A DNA stretch of 64,000 bases from a virus. Location of the stretch: positions 61,190 through 125,189 of IMG/VR virus record IMGVR_UViG_3300028571_000013; one strand, written 5' to 3'. The first letter of the stretch is position 1; each line of letters starts with the position of its first letter. Made by a program: the position numbers and the translations under genes. Under the pieces are notes generated by a model. It worked only from the letters and a program-made list of their open reading frames with translations. It had not been told where the DNA came from and did not search any database. This document shows, one piece after another, positions 1-9,114 of the stretch.

Positions 1-453
1 GTAACATCAGCTTCGGTACAAGATGCCACGACTTCAGCTAAAGGTATAGCTAGTTTTGATAGTGGAGATTTTAGTGTTTCTTCTGGCGCCGTTAGTATCA
101 AAGCTAGTGGCGTTGATAATTCTCAATTAGTTAATAGTTCTTTTACAATTGGTTCAACATTAGTTAGTCTTGGCGGAATCGCCACTTCTGTATCAGGATT
201 AACTAGTGTCTCTAGCACATCATTTGTTGGTGATTTAAGTGGTACAGCTACCAATGCCTTGAATATTGAGGTGGATGTAGCAACTAGTGGAACTAATAAT
301 CTGGTTTTTGTAAATGGTACTGACGGGAATTTAAAGCCAGTCGTTAATGATAAATTAAGAATTAATTTGAATGCTAATGAACTATTAGGCTCTTCAAATA
401 CTACCCCAACAATGACTCTCAAATACTTTATTATAGATGGTGGAATGCCATAA
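1..453 (+). CDS. Tail fibre / virion structural protein, C-terminal part (runs in from the window start)
   Basis: Frame 1 is open from base 1 to TAA at 453 (VTSASVQDATTSAKGIASFDSGDFSVSSGAVSIKASGVDNSQLVN...IIDGGMP); Ser/Thr/Gly-rich, with an IDGG ending typical of phage fibre proteins. Confidence 0.65.
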   Translation, partial: VTSASVQDATTSAKGIASFDSGDFSVSSGAVSIKASGVDNSQLVNSSFTIGSTLVSLGGIATSVSGLTSVSSTSFVGDLSGTATNALNIEVDVATSGTNNLVFVNGTDGNLKPVVNDKLRINLNANELLGSSNTTPTMTLKYFIIDGGMP

Positions 454-533
454 TTTATCTTCAAAGTTTTATACTTTAAACTATTGTTTTTACATAATCA
501 TAACTAAATTCCTTTTTTTGAAATAGATATAAC

Positions 534-926
534 ATGAAAAATGGTAAAGTATTTATTAAAAATGGTCAAGCTTTAATACCACCAGTTCGTTTAGAGAATG
601 GTGTTTGGGTAGCTTATGTTGATGGAGTTACGGCTACCACAACAACCACGGCCGCTCCGACCACCACCACAACAACAGCTGCGCCCACAACAACCACCAC
701 CACAACGGCCGCTCCTACGACGACTACGACAACAACCACAACAGCTGCTCCTACAACAACCACTACAACAATACCGCCTAACACATATAATGTAACCAAT
801 AATGGTTTTGGAAACTATTTAATAAATGGTAGTTCAAACCCAACACTAACCTTAACAGCGGGTCAAACATATACATTTAATATAAACGCTGCCGGCGGGT
901 GTATTAACAGTTATCATACCGTATAG
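534..926 (+). CDS. Thr-rich (mucin-like) virion protein, apparently C-terminally truncated
   Basis: (T)nAAP repeats followed by NTYNVTNNG..YLINGSSNPTLTLTAGQTYTFNINAAG, the start of a beta-sandwich common in phage structural proteins. Confidence 0.55.
   Translation: MKNGKVFIKNGQALIPPVRLENGVWVAYVDGVTATTTTTAAPTTTTTTAAPTTTTTTTAAPTTTTTTTTTAAPTTTTTTIPPNTYNVTNNGFGNYLINGSSNPTLTLTAGQTYTFNINAAGGCINSYHTV
630..771 (+). repeat. Low-complexity coding repeat (TTTTTAAP)n
   Basis: Four AAP units separated by runs of ACN codons. Confidence 0.85.
898..905 (+). promoter_or_regulatory. GGTGTATT motif, putative phage late promoter
   Basis: The same motif recurs about 30-60 nt upstream of structural gene starts (898, 3315, 4553, 6384, 9061). 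Confidence 0.5.
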
Positions 927-955
927 TATTCATAAAAATAGGACTACTTTCCAAG

Positions 956-2917
956 ATGGCCGTAAATGATCTTATTACATTTCGCAAAGGACCAGCATCT
1001 CAATGGATATCGGTCAATCCCGTATTAGCTAGTGGTGAGCCAGGATATGATTTAACAAATAGTATTCTTAAGATAGGGGATGGAGTTTCAAATTGGGTAG
1101 CTCTTAGTGGAATTGGGTCAACAAGCGTTGGCGGGTCATCATCTTCCTCTGTTGGAGTTAGAGGAACAATAAGCACAACGGGCACATTGAGCAGCTTCTC
1201 TGTATCAGGAGGTTACTCCCCTGGGTATTTAGATTTGTTTCAGAATGGCGTGAAACTATTAAATAACAGCGATTTTATAGCAACTAACGGTACTTCAGTC
1301 ACACTAACTAATAGTGTACCATCTGGAACAGTATTAGAGTATATTAGTTTGGGAACCTCAGTATCCTCCTCTGATTATACTAAATTAGATAGTATTAGTT
1401 CATCTTTTAATGGATCGTCTACGTCATTCGGATTAGCAGTTAGTGGAACACCATATTATCCTGTTAGTGCTAATACTTTGGGGATTTATGTGGGCGGCGT
1501 TGCTCAAGAACCCATTTCTTCATATAGTGTTAGCGGATCTAATATAATTTTTACTGAAGCTCCAGCTAGTGGTTTAACTTTCTGGGGAGTTGGCTATGGA
1601 ACAACAGCTGTGGCCACTTTGAATGGTATAGCTCCAGGCTCAGTATCGTCTCCAGCCATTAGTTCATCAAATGATCTGAGTACAGGGTTTTATTTTCCAT
1701 CTAGTGGATCATTAGCAATAGCTAGTTCTGGAGTTGATAGATTTAAGATTGATAATAAAGGAGATATTTTTGTTGGTGGAGAAAATATTAATAGTTTAAG
1801 ATATTTAGACATTAATAATATTAACTCTGGTTCAAATGCTGGAAGTATTTTAAGACTTATTACTGCTAATGTTTCTGGTGTGAGTAATGTCTCAGCAGAT
1901 ATTATTAAACGTAAAAATGGTCAATTTTCTATCAACAACAGCGAAACAGACTCTGCTGCTTTTACAAGTTTTGATGTTGGTAATTCAGAACACTTACGAA
2001 TAACGTCTTCAGGAAATGTTGGAATTGGCACCACGACACCAACAACTAAGCTTCATGTTGTGGGTGGTATTAGTGCTACTAGTGGTAATTTTACTAATAC
2101 TTTACAAGTTAATAATGTTAATGTTAGCGTTAGTGGTCATACCCATACATCTTCTGATATAACTAATTTTAATACTAGTGTTAGTGGTTTATTACCAATT
2201 ACTAATATAATTGCTGGAAGTGGAATTAATGTTGCTATTAGTGGAACAACAGCTATTATAACTGGTGATGATATTAGGTGGAATTTTTTATTACCGTCCG
2301 CGCCTACGGCCTTGACCGCAACTGTCGGAAACGCGCAAGTATCGCTGACGTGGACGGCACCGACCGGCGTGATTGCTCAGGCGCCGATCACGGACTACGT
2401 TGTTCAGTTCAGCAGTAACTCTGGATCGTCATGGACTACGTTCAGCGACGGAACATCCACGGCGACGAGTGCCACCGTGACGGGGCTGACAAACGGCACG
2501 GCGCATGTGTTCCGAGTCGCGGGCATCAACGGGATCGGCACTGGGGCGTATAGCACGGCGAGTGCTGCGGTGACGCCATTTGTTCCGGCACCCGTAACAC
2601 TAAGCACTCCGTTTGGTGCTGTCACTGGCAACGGCACAGTAGGCTCCAAGTGGGCGTGGCAGTCTGGTTCTAGTGGCGCTACCGACGGAGGCTTCAAACT
2701 GCTGACAGTTAATGATTCAATTACGTTGCAGGCAACGCTCAGTCAGACAGGAGGCGGAAACTGCGACAACGGCGAGGCCTTGAGCCTTGTGATTTACTCC
2801 GCATCAAATGTTCGCGTCAGAATAATGTCTGCAAACCCTGAGTCTCTCACGGCAGGACAATACATTGCTATGGAACTACAATGCGCACACGGGCGGGCGG
2901 AGGTGTGGAGTGTTTAG
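956..2917 (+). CDS. Tail fibre protein with Mtd-N-like N-terminus and C-terminal fibronectin type III domain
   Basis: N-term ITFRKGPASQW..VNPVLASGEPGYD...LKIGDGVSNW is Mtd_N/hyaluronidase-like; GNVGIGTTTP fibre repeat; FN3 motif PSAPTALTAT..VSLTWTAP..ITDYVVQ..VTGLTNGT..FRVAGIN. Confidence 0.8.
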   Translation: MAVNDLITFRKGPASQWISVNPVLASGEPGYDLTNSILKIGDGVSNWVALSGIGSTSVGGSSSSSVGVRGTISTTGTLSSFSVSGGYSPGYLDLFQNGVKLLNNSDFIATNGTSVTLTNSVPSGTVLEYISLGTSVSSSDYTKLDSISSSFNGSSTSFGLAVSGTPYYPVSANTLGIYVGGVAQEPISSYSVSGSNIIFTEAPASGLTFWGVGYGTTAVATLNGIAPGSVSSPAISSSNDLSTGFYFPSSGSLAIASSGVDRFKIDNKGDIFVGGENINSLRYLDINNINSGSNAGSILRLITANVSGVSNVSADIIKRKNGQFSINNSETDSAAFTSFDVGNSEHLRITSSGNVGIGTTTPTTKLHVVGGISATSGNFTNTLQVNNVNVSVSGHTHTSSDITNFNTSVSGLLPITNIIAGSGINVAISGTTAIITGDDIRWNFLLPSAPTALTATVGNAQVSLTWTAPTGVIAQAPITDYVVQFSSNSGSSWTTFSDGTSTATSATVTGLTNGTAHVFRVAGINGIGTGAYSTASAAVTPFVPAPVTLSTPFGAVTGNGTVGSKWAWQSGSSGATDGGFKLLTVNDSITLQATLSQTGGGNCDNGEALSLVIYSASNVRVRIMSANPESLTAGQYIAMELQCAHGRAEVWSV

Positions 2918-3383
2918 TCATATCTTACTACCTCCCAAGCCGACCAGTTTTCTTCCTCGCGGGAGTAACGTTATGCTTGAGTTCCCACCGACGCAGGATG
3001 TTGCAACAGCCGAACATGGTTTGTTCGGCGCTGTTGTTGGAAAAGACCTATATGGCAGCACCTGTACAAATGCGATTTGGTATCCTCCGGGCGGGTTCAT
3101 GAGTTGGCACACGAATAGCAACAACCCCGGACGCAGACTTTACGCGGCATGGAGCGAAACCGGCGACAGCGGTATGAGGTGGTACAGAGACGGAGAGGTT
3201 GTTGACGACCCCGACCAGCCGGGATGGAACGTCAGGATTTTCGAAACGCCTCAGTGGCACATGGTATATGCGAACTGCTGGCGGTTTAGTGTTGGGTGGA
3301 AAGTAGATTAGATAGGTGTATTATTAGGTATTAGAAAGTCATTATTATGTCATTATCATATAACAATTCAATCTTAGCTCAAA
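2262..3383 (+). repeat. Direct repeat copy 1 (about 1.12 kb; copy 2 at 3500-4621, offset 1238)
   Basis: Identical over about 1.09 kb except one synonymous SNP seen (A2359/C3597); the last 30 nt differ at a few synonymous positions. Confidence 0.95.
2973..3311 (+). CDS. Small cupin / 2OG-Fe(II) oxygenase-like protein (copy 1)
   Basis: ATG 2973 with GGGAG RBS; WYPPGGFMSWHTN...WHMVYANCWRFSVG resembles the H-x-D/N...H...R-x-S double-stranded beta-helix signature. Confidence 0.55.
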   Translation: MLEFPPTQDVATAEHGLFGAVVGKDLYGSTCTNAIWYPPGGFMSWHTNSNNPGRRLYAAWSETGDSGMRWYRDGEVVDDPDQPGWNVRIFETPQWHMVYANCWRFSVGWKVD

Positions 3384-3397
3384 AAGACACCGAGTGA
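3347..3397 (+). pseudogene. Truncated remnant paralogous to the 4585-4785 gene (MSLSYNNSILAQKDTE*)
   Basis: First 12 codons encode the same peptide as the 4585 ORF using synonymous codons; then the sequence diverges and stops. Confidence 0.6.
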
Positions 3398-3465
3398 AGA
3401 TATACTATCAGCGTAATAATAGTTCCAACATAGCCATTTCTGATTATAGTACTTAAGGAATAATT

Positions 3466-4155
3466 ATGCCTCTTTCAAGAATACAAACAACTTTATTGTC
3501 TGGTGATGATATTAGGTGGAATTTTTTATTACCGTCCGCGCCTACGGCCTTGACCGCAACTGTCGGAAACGCGCAAGTATCGCTGACGTGGACGGCCCCG
3601 ACCGGCGTGATTGCTCAGGCGCCGATCACGGACTACGTTGTTCAGTTCAGCAGTAACTCTGGATCGTCATGGACTACGTTCAGCGACGGAACATCCACGG
3701 CGACGAGTGCCACCGTGACGGGGCTGACAAACGGCACGGCGCATGTGTTCCGAGTCGCGGGCATCAACGGGATCGGCACTGGGGCGTATAGCACGGCGAG
3801 TGCTGCGGTGACGCCATTTGTTCCGGCACCCGTAACACTAAGCACTCCGTTTGGTGCTGTCACTGGCAACGGCACAGTAGGCTCCAAGTGGGCGTGGCAG
3901 TCTGGTTCTAGTGGCGCTACCGACGGAGGCTTCAAACTGCTGACAGTTAATGATTCAATTACGTTGCAGGCAACGCTCAGTCAGACAGGAGGCGGAAACT
4001 GCGACAACGGCGAGGCCTTGAGCCTTGTGATTTACTCCGCATCAAATGTTCGCGTCAGAATAATGTCTGCAAACCCTGAGTCTCTCACGGCAGGACAATA
4101 CATTGCTATGGAACTACAATGCGCACACGGGCGGGCGGAGGTGTGGAGTGTTTAG
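3466..4155 (+). CDS. Short fibre-tip protein (FN3 plus tip domain) identical to the C-terminus of the 956-2917 protein
   Basis: Unique leader MPLSRIQTTLLS fused to the duplicated GDDIRW...EVWSV; AAGGA RBS upstream. Confidence 0.75.
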   Translation: MPLSRIQTTLLSGDDIRWNFLLPSAPTALTATVGNAQVSLTWTAPTGVIAQAPITDYVVQFSSNSGSSWTTFSDGTSTATSATVTGLTNGTAHVFRVAGINGIGTGAYSTASAAVTPFVPAPVTLSTPFGAVTGNGTVGSKWAWQSGSSGATDGGFKLLTVNDSITLQATLSQTGGGNCDNGEALSLVIYSASNVRVRIMSANPESLTAGQYIAMELQCAHGRAEVWSV

Positions 4156-4621
4156 TCATATCTTACTACCTCCCAAGCCGACCAGTTTTCTTCCTCGCGG
4201 GAGTAACGTTATGCTTGAGTTCCCACCGACGCAGGATGTTGCAACAGCCGAACATGGTTTGTTCGGCGCTGTTGTTGGAAAAGACCTATATGGCAGCACC
4301 TGTACAAATGCGATTTGGTATCCTCCGGGCGGGTTCATGAGTTGGCACACGAATAGCAACAACCCCGGACGCAGACTTTACGCGGCATGGAGCGAAACCG
4401 GCGACAGCGGTATGAGGTGGTACAGAGACGGAGAGGTTGTTGACGACCCCGACCAGCCGGGATGGAACGTCAGGATTTTCGAAACGCCTCAGTGGCACAT
4501 GGTATATGCGAACTGCTGGCGGTTTAGTGTTGGGTGGAAAGTAGATTAGATAGGTGTATTATTAGGTATTAGAAAGTCATTATTATGTCACTATCATATA
4601 ACAACTCAATACTAGCTCAAA
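3500..4621 (+). repeat. Direct repeat copy 2
   Basis: Matches 2262-3383. Confidence 0.95.
4211..4549 (+). CDS. Small cupin / 2OG-Fe(II) oxygenase-like protein (copy 2)
   Basis: Identical to 2973-3311. Confidence 0.55.
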   Translation: MLEFPPTQDVATAEHGLFGAVVGKDLYGSTCTNAIWYPPGGFMSWHTNSNNPGRRLYAAWSETGDSGMRWYRDGEVVDDPDQPGWNVRIFETPQWHMVYANCWRFSVGWKVD

Positions 4622-4785
4622 CTATTAGTGTTAGTGGATCTAATACTAATGTTAGTGGAGTTTTAACTGCTACTAGTGGAAATTTTACTAATAATTTGTC
4701 TATTGGAACCAATTCTTTGACAACAACTAACACACTTAATATAATAAATAGTTCAAATCTTTATTTATGGTCTAATTTCAGATAG
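4585..4785 (+). CDS. Small virion / fibre-associated protein
   Basis: Shares the ATSGNFTN motif with the 956 fibre; preceded by the GGTGTATT motif. Confidence 0.55.
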   Translation: MSLSYNNSILAQTISVSGSNTNVSGVLTATSGNFTNNLSIGTNSLTTTNTLNIINSSNLYLWSNFR

Positions 4786-4794
4786 GAGATTATC

Positions 4795-5178
4795 ATGGCA
4801 GCTAGTCCAGTTTTCGCAGTTACTCCAAGAATAGGAAACGTATCAATAGCTACTGCTGAAGCTAGTTATACAGCACCAACAAATTTTGGAACTTTAATAA
4901 CAGGAGCAGCAACAGGAACACGAATAGCAGAAATAGTAGTAAAGATGGCCGCAACTAGTGCTGCTGCTATTGTTAGAATATTTTTATATGATGGTACCAC
5001 ATACTGGCATTTTGACGAAATAACAGTTACCGCAGCCACAGGATCAGCAACTGTTCAACAAAACAGAGTATCTACTACGTATAATAATCTAATACTACCA
5101 AGTGCGTCATGGTCAGTAAGAGTAACAACATCAGTATCTCAGGTTACTCATGTTACAGCCTTAGGAGCAGATCTATAA
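4795..5178 (+). CDS. Hypothetical virion structural protein
   Basis: AGGAG RBS; Thr/Ala-rich beta-type sequence within the fibre cluster. Confidence 0.6.
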   Translation: MAASPVFAVTPRIGNVSIATAEASYTAPTNFGTLITGAATGTRIAEIVVKMAATSAAAIVRIFLYDGTTYWHFDEITVTAATGSATVQQNRVSTTYNNLILPSASWSVRVTTSVSQVTHVTALGADL

Positions 5179-6044
5179 TGAATCAAGGTATTTATGCAAT
5201 TGGAAGTGCCACAATAGCTTCGGTACCATATGGCGTTAATGGTATTCCTCTACCCTCTATTATTTCAGTATTGGTTGTTGGTGGTGGAGGAGGTGGCGGA
5301 GGTGGATTATTTTCCGGAAATCCAAATTTTCGTGGAGCGGCTGGAGGAGCAGGAGGTTTTATAGAATCTTTGTATATAATATCTTTGGGAACTAGCTATA
5401 CAGTAACTATCGGGGCTGGGGGTTCCGGTTCGCATGCAACAGGATTAAAGGGAGGCGACAGCTTATTCTCAACTTTTACTGCTGTTGGAGGTGGTGGTGG
5501 TGGAGGCTTTTATTATAGTGCCAATGGTAATACTCCATCATATTGGAACTCATCAATGGGTGGTATAGGTGGCTCTGGCGGAGGAGCAGCAATAACTGGA
5601 AATATGCCTGTTGCAAATTCTATAGGAGGAAGAGCAATATTAGGACAAGGAAATGTTGGAGGAAGTGGTTTTTACAGTGCTACTGGTCCAGTTCATTTTG
5701 TTGGTGGTGCGGGAGGGGCTGGTAGTGCTGGTGGAAATGCATCTTCTGGTGGTAACGGCACGGCGGGGACTGGCAAGGCATCAACATTAAATAACGTTAC
5801 ATATGCGGCTGGCGGAAGTTTGTCCTCTGGAGCTAACGCAAGTGTTAATACAGGTAACGGAGGAAACAATAATGGATCAACCACTTTTAATGGAACAAAC
5901 GGAGGTTCTGGTGTTATCGTTGTAAGATTTAACAACGCTCTAAACATTAGATTAGGTGTTGGCTTGACATATGCCTCAATAATATCTGGCTCAGACAGGA
6001 TTATTACAATCACAGCAGGAACAGGTACTGTTACTTTTTTTTAA
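5178..6044 (+). CDS. Glycine-rich domain tail-fibre-type protein
   Basis: TAATG stop/start coupling with the upstream gene; VLVVGGGGGGG...GGAGG...SYTVTIGAGG...GGSGVIVVR pattern of phage Gly-rich domains. Confidence 0.75.
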   Translation: MNQGIYAIGSATIASVPYGVNGIPLPSIISVLVVGGGGGGGGGLFSGNPNFRGAAGGAGGFIESLYIISLGTSYTVTIGAGGSGSHATGLKGGDSLFSTFTAVGGGGGGGFYYSANGNTPSYWNSSMGGIGGSGGGAAITGNMPVANSIGGRAILGQGNVGGSGFYSATGPVHFVGGAGGAGSAGGNASSGGNGTAGTGKASTLNNVTYAAGGSLSSGANASVNTGNGGNNNGSTTFNGTNGGSGVIVVRFNNALNIRLGVGLTYASIISGSDRIITITAGTGTVTFF

Positions 6045-6055
6045 AGGATTACTAC

Positions 6056-6370
6056 ATGGCACATTATGCATTTTTAGACGAAAATAATATTGTTAGTGAA
6101 GTTATAGTTGGTAAAAATGAAAATGAAGATGGTATTGATTGGGAAAAATACTATGGAGAATTTAGAGGACAAACTTGTAAACGAACTTCATATAATACGG
6201 TTGGCGGAGTTCACAACAATGGCGGAGTTCCATATAGAAAAAATTATGCGGGGATAGGTTATCTTTTTAGAGAAGACATAAATGCTCCAGAAGGAGCTTT
6301 TGTTGCACCTTGTCTCGGAGATGATTATGTTTTAGACGAAAATACTGGACTGTGGATAATTAAAAGTTAA
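6056..6370 (+). CDS. Conserved small phage protein, possible fibre assembly chaperone
   Basis: MAHYAFLDENNIV..VIVG...KRTSYNT...RKNYAGIGY, a family usually found after Gly-rich fibre genes. Confidence 0.6.
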   Translation: MAHYAFLDENNIVSEVIVGKNENEDGIDWEKYYGEFRGQTCKRTSYNTVGGVHNNGGVPYRKNYAGIGYLFREDINAPEGAFVAPCLGDDYVLDENTGLWIIKS

Positions 6371-6383
6371 CTAGTCAATATAA

Positions 6384-6391
6384 GGTGTATT
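6384..6391 (+). promoter_or_regulatory. GGTGTATT motif, putative late promoter
   Basis: Intergenic, 50 nt upstream of the 6434 ATG. Confidence 0.5.
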
Positions 6392-6433
6392 AAAGTATTA
6401 GATATTCCTATATAATTTAAAAGGGGTCAAAAT

Positions 6434-6964
6434 ATGAGCTGGCAAGCAGAAATACCCATTATTGTAAGAACCCTTATTAATGACTTGGATCAAAATAATC
6501 AAAATTACTCGGACGAAAGACTTCTGCAAGTCATAGCCGTAGCAGCTAAATATGTTCAGTTTGATATATCTTTAGAAAGTAATTATATAATTGATGTTGT
6601 TAATTTAAATATATCTCCAGATCCCACAGCGAATGATGATAGTCTTTTTATTAGTCTAACCGGTCTCAGGGCTGCTTGCATTATTGATCAAAGTGCTCTT
6701 AGAACCAAAGCAGCATTAGAAGGAATAAGAGCATCTTTAGGTCCAGCGCAATTATCTGTTGCTGGTAGTCTTGCTGGCTTTGACTTAATTTTAGAGAAGG
6801 GTCCGTGTGCTGCTTATAAAGAATTTATAGCCTATTGGGATGTTAAAGAAGCAACTGCTGTTAGGGCGATTCTCAGTCCGTTTGCTGGAAATAAATTTGA
6901 TCCAACTTATTTACAGTCTTCGGATCTACCAGCCAGAAGCACAAGAGATGGATTTTACTCATGA
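6434..6964 (+). CDS. Putative head-tail adaptor protein
   Basis: Position before the neck/tail genes; IVRTLINDLD...YSDERL N-terminus resembles adaptor proteins. Confidence 0.45.
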   Translation: MSWQAEIPIIVRTLINDLDQNNQNYSDERLLQVIAVAAKYVQFDISLESNYIIDVVNLNISPDPTANDDSLFISLTGLRAACIIDQSALRTKAALEGIRASLGPAQLSVAGSLAGFDLILEKGPCAAYKEFIAYWDVKEATAVRAILSPFAGNKFDPTYLQSSDLPARSTRDGFYS

Positions 6965-7464
6965 ATTTAGATTTAACACCATTTAAAGCCCTTTATAACG
7001 ATGCTATAGATAATCTATTATCAAGCACAGGACTGACCACCCCATGTAAACTTATATTTGAGTCTACTAAATTACAGCAATGTCCTAATTGTATTTATGA
7101 TACTATTACTAAAAAATCATCCAATAGATATAAATCTGGTGGACCGATTAATTTTAGCAATGGCCAAGCATGTCCTTATTGTCTTGGAGTGGGCACAACA
7201 TCTAATTCGCTAGCAGAAGAGTCCGTATACTTTGCTTTAATAATAAACTCTAAAAATTTTCTTGGAACAGTAAATACCCCAGACATAGTTGCCCAAACAA
7301 TTTGTAATATAGATTATCTATCTAAAATACGTCAATGTTCGAAAATTATTTTTAATACTGATATAGCTGGCCTTAGTAATAATATTTTTATTAGAAGTAA
7401 TGAGCCACAACCAGTGGGTCTCGGAGATAATCGATATATTTTTACTAATTGGAAAAGACCATGA
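6961..7464 (+). CDS. Putative head-closure / neck protein with two CxxC motifs
   Basis: CPNC and CPYCLGVG; synteny. Confidence 0.45.
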   Translation: MNLDLTPFKALYNDAIDNLLSSTGLTTPCKLIFESTKLQQCPNCIYDTITKKSSNRYKSGGPINFSNGQACPYCLGVGTTSNSLAEESVYFALIINSKNFLGTVNTPDIVAQTICNIDYLSKIRQCSKIIFNTDIAGLSNNIFIRSNEPQPVGLGDNRYIFTNWKRP

Positions 7465-8099
7465 CGTATCTTCATATTAATATATTAGAGTCTAATGATG
7501 AAATTAGTCAAAAAATATTAAAAGCTTTATTACCAGAAGTTACTAAATATTTTAATAAAGCATTTAATCAGTGTAAAAAAGAAATTGCTACTATTGTTAG
7601 TAATGCTATTGTAAGCTCACCAGAATATCAGTCAATAATGTCTGGTAAGCTAAAATATGAATTTGGTTTGCCAGATTCTGGTAGTAGACTATCATCTATT
7701 CTATCTTTCTGGAAATATTTAGACATACAATATGATAAACCTAAAATTATTAAAAATCAAATTAATAGCTATTTTACTTTATCTATGATCAGATCTGATT
7801 ACTCCGACGTTTTATCATCAGCAGCAGCAGTTTTTAAAACAGAAAAAGGTAGTGATCTTGCATGGTTACAATGGTTATTATTATTTGGGGATAAAGTAAT
7901 TATAAAAGATTATTCTGTAGAGATGGGGCCAAATCCCAGATCAAGAACAGGTAATGCTATTATGGTTGGAAATACAAGAGGTAGATGGAGTGTTCCTCCA
8001 GAATTTTCTGGTACGGCACAAAACAATTGGATCACAAGAGCCATAGATAGTGTAGATAGTGATATTAACGAACTATTAAATAAATGCCTAAAGGTTTAA
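7461..8099 (+). CDS. Putative neck / tail completion protein
   Basis: ATGA overlap with the previous gene; C-terminal GTAQNNWITRAI resembles the tail-completion family. Confidence 0.45.
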   Translation: MTYLHINILESNDEISQKILKALLPEVTKYFNKAFNQCKKEIATIVSNAIVSSPEYQSIMSGKLKYEFGLPDSGSRLSSILSFWKYLDIQYDKPKIIKNQINSYFTLSMIRSDYSDVLSSAAAVFKTEKGSDLAWLQWLLLFGDKVIIKDYSVEMGPNPRSRTGNAIMVGNTRGRWSVPPEFSGTAQNNWITRAIDSVDSDINELLNKCLKV

Positions 8100-8106
8100 A
8101 TTTTAT

Positions 8107-9054
8107 ATGGTAGCTGGAGATGAAAAATTCACTGGAGTATCCTCCATAAATGACTATTTACTTATTTCTAACCTAGAAAATAATCTACATTCATTTTTAG
8201 ACTGGGGATTTTTAAACATTGGCGGATTTATTAATGTGAGTGGGGCTACTACTGATTATAGCTCTAATCCTAACCAGTTAGGCATTGTGATAGACCCTAA
8301 TTATAATGATGGTCAAGTATGGCAGACTAGGCATTTTAATTGGGTGTGGGAATCTGGCATAACTTTTGGATCCTCTTCTCCCTCAATGATAACGTCAGTT
8401 AGTGTGGACGGCACTATAGTAAATAGTAGTAATTATATATTAGACTATATGAATAGTAGAGTAATTTTTAATACAGCTATCCCAACAGATAGTATTGTTA
8501 CTATGAATTACTCCTACAAGCTTGTTCAGATACACAAGTCATCTGATATTGCAGCTGCTACGTGGAAACAATTTGAATTAGATATGGCTAACGACACCGC
8601 TCAATTTGATGATAATACCGGGGAATATGCTATTTTTGCACAGAATAGGATCCAGTTACCTTGTGTTATTATAGAAACTATTCCTAGGAGTGAATCTAAG
8701 CCATATCAATTAGGAAATAAATCACTAAGAACATATCAAGATATTCTATTACGTGTGGTAGCATCAAATATGAGCCATCGTAATTCTATAGCTGATATTA
8801 TTAGATTACAAGATGATAAAGTTATATGGCTATATGATACTAATACTATTATTGGCGCTAATATTTTACCATTTAATTTTAATGGATCATTAAATAGTAA
8901 TAGATTAAATTATGGTCAAATCGTTAATGATAATGCTTATCGCTGGAAAAGCTGTCATTTGAAAAATTTTATTATCTCAGAAGTAGAGTCACGATATTAT
9001 TTTGAAGAGGTTAGAATACGTATTACAGCTGAAATTATTTTTGATAATATTTAA
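8107..9054 (+). CDS. Putative tail terminator / neck protein
   Basis: Immediately before the tail tube; QLPCVIIE motif. Confidence 0.4.
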   Translation: MVAGDEKFTGVSSINDYLLISNLENNLHSFLDWGFLNIGGFINVSGATTDYSSNPNQLGIVIDPNYNDGQVWQTRHFNWVWESGITFGSSSPSMITSVSVDGTIVNSSNYILDYMNSRVIFNTAIPTDSIVTMNYSYKLVQIHKSSDIAAATWKQFELDMANDTAQFDDNTGEYAIFAQNRIQLPCVIIETIPRSESKPYQLGNKSLRTYQDILLRVVASNMSHRNSIADIIRLQDDKVIWLYDTNTIIGANILPFNFNGSLNSNRLNYGQIVNDNAYRWKSCHLKNFIISEVESRYYFEEVRIRITAEIIFDNI

Positions 9055-9060
9055 GCATTT

Positions 9061-9068
9061 GGTGTATA
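9061..9068 (+). promoter_or_regulatory. GGTGTATA motif, putative late promoter of the major tail gene
   Basis: Intergenic, 54 nt upstream of the 9115 ATG. Confidence 0.5.
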
Positions 9069-9114
9069 AAACAAATAGTGTTACCACAGTTTCAACTTAA
9101 ATGGAGATTTTATT

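Noticed and set aside
956-4621. Diversity-generating retroelement (Mtd-N fibre plus a repeated C-terminal region)
   Set aside because: The repeat is 1.1 kb with only one core mismatch rather than many adenine-specific ones, the tip is FN3-type, and no reverse transcriptase is in the window.
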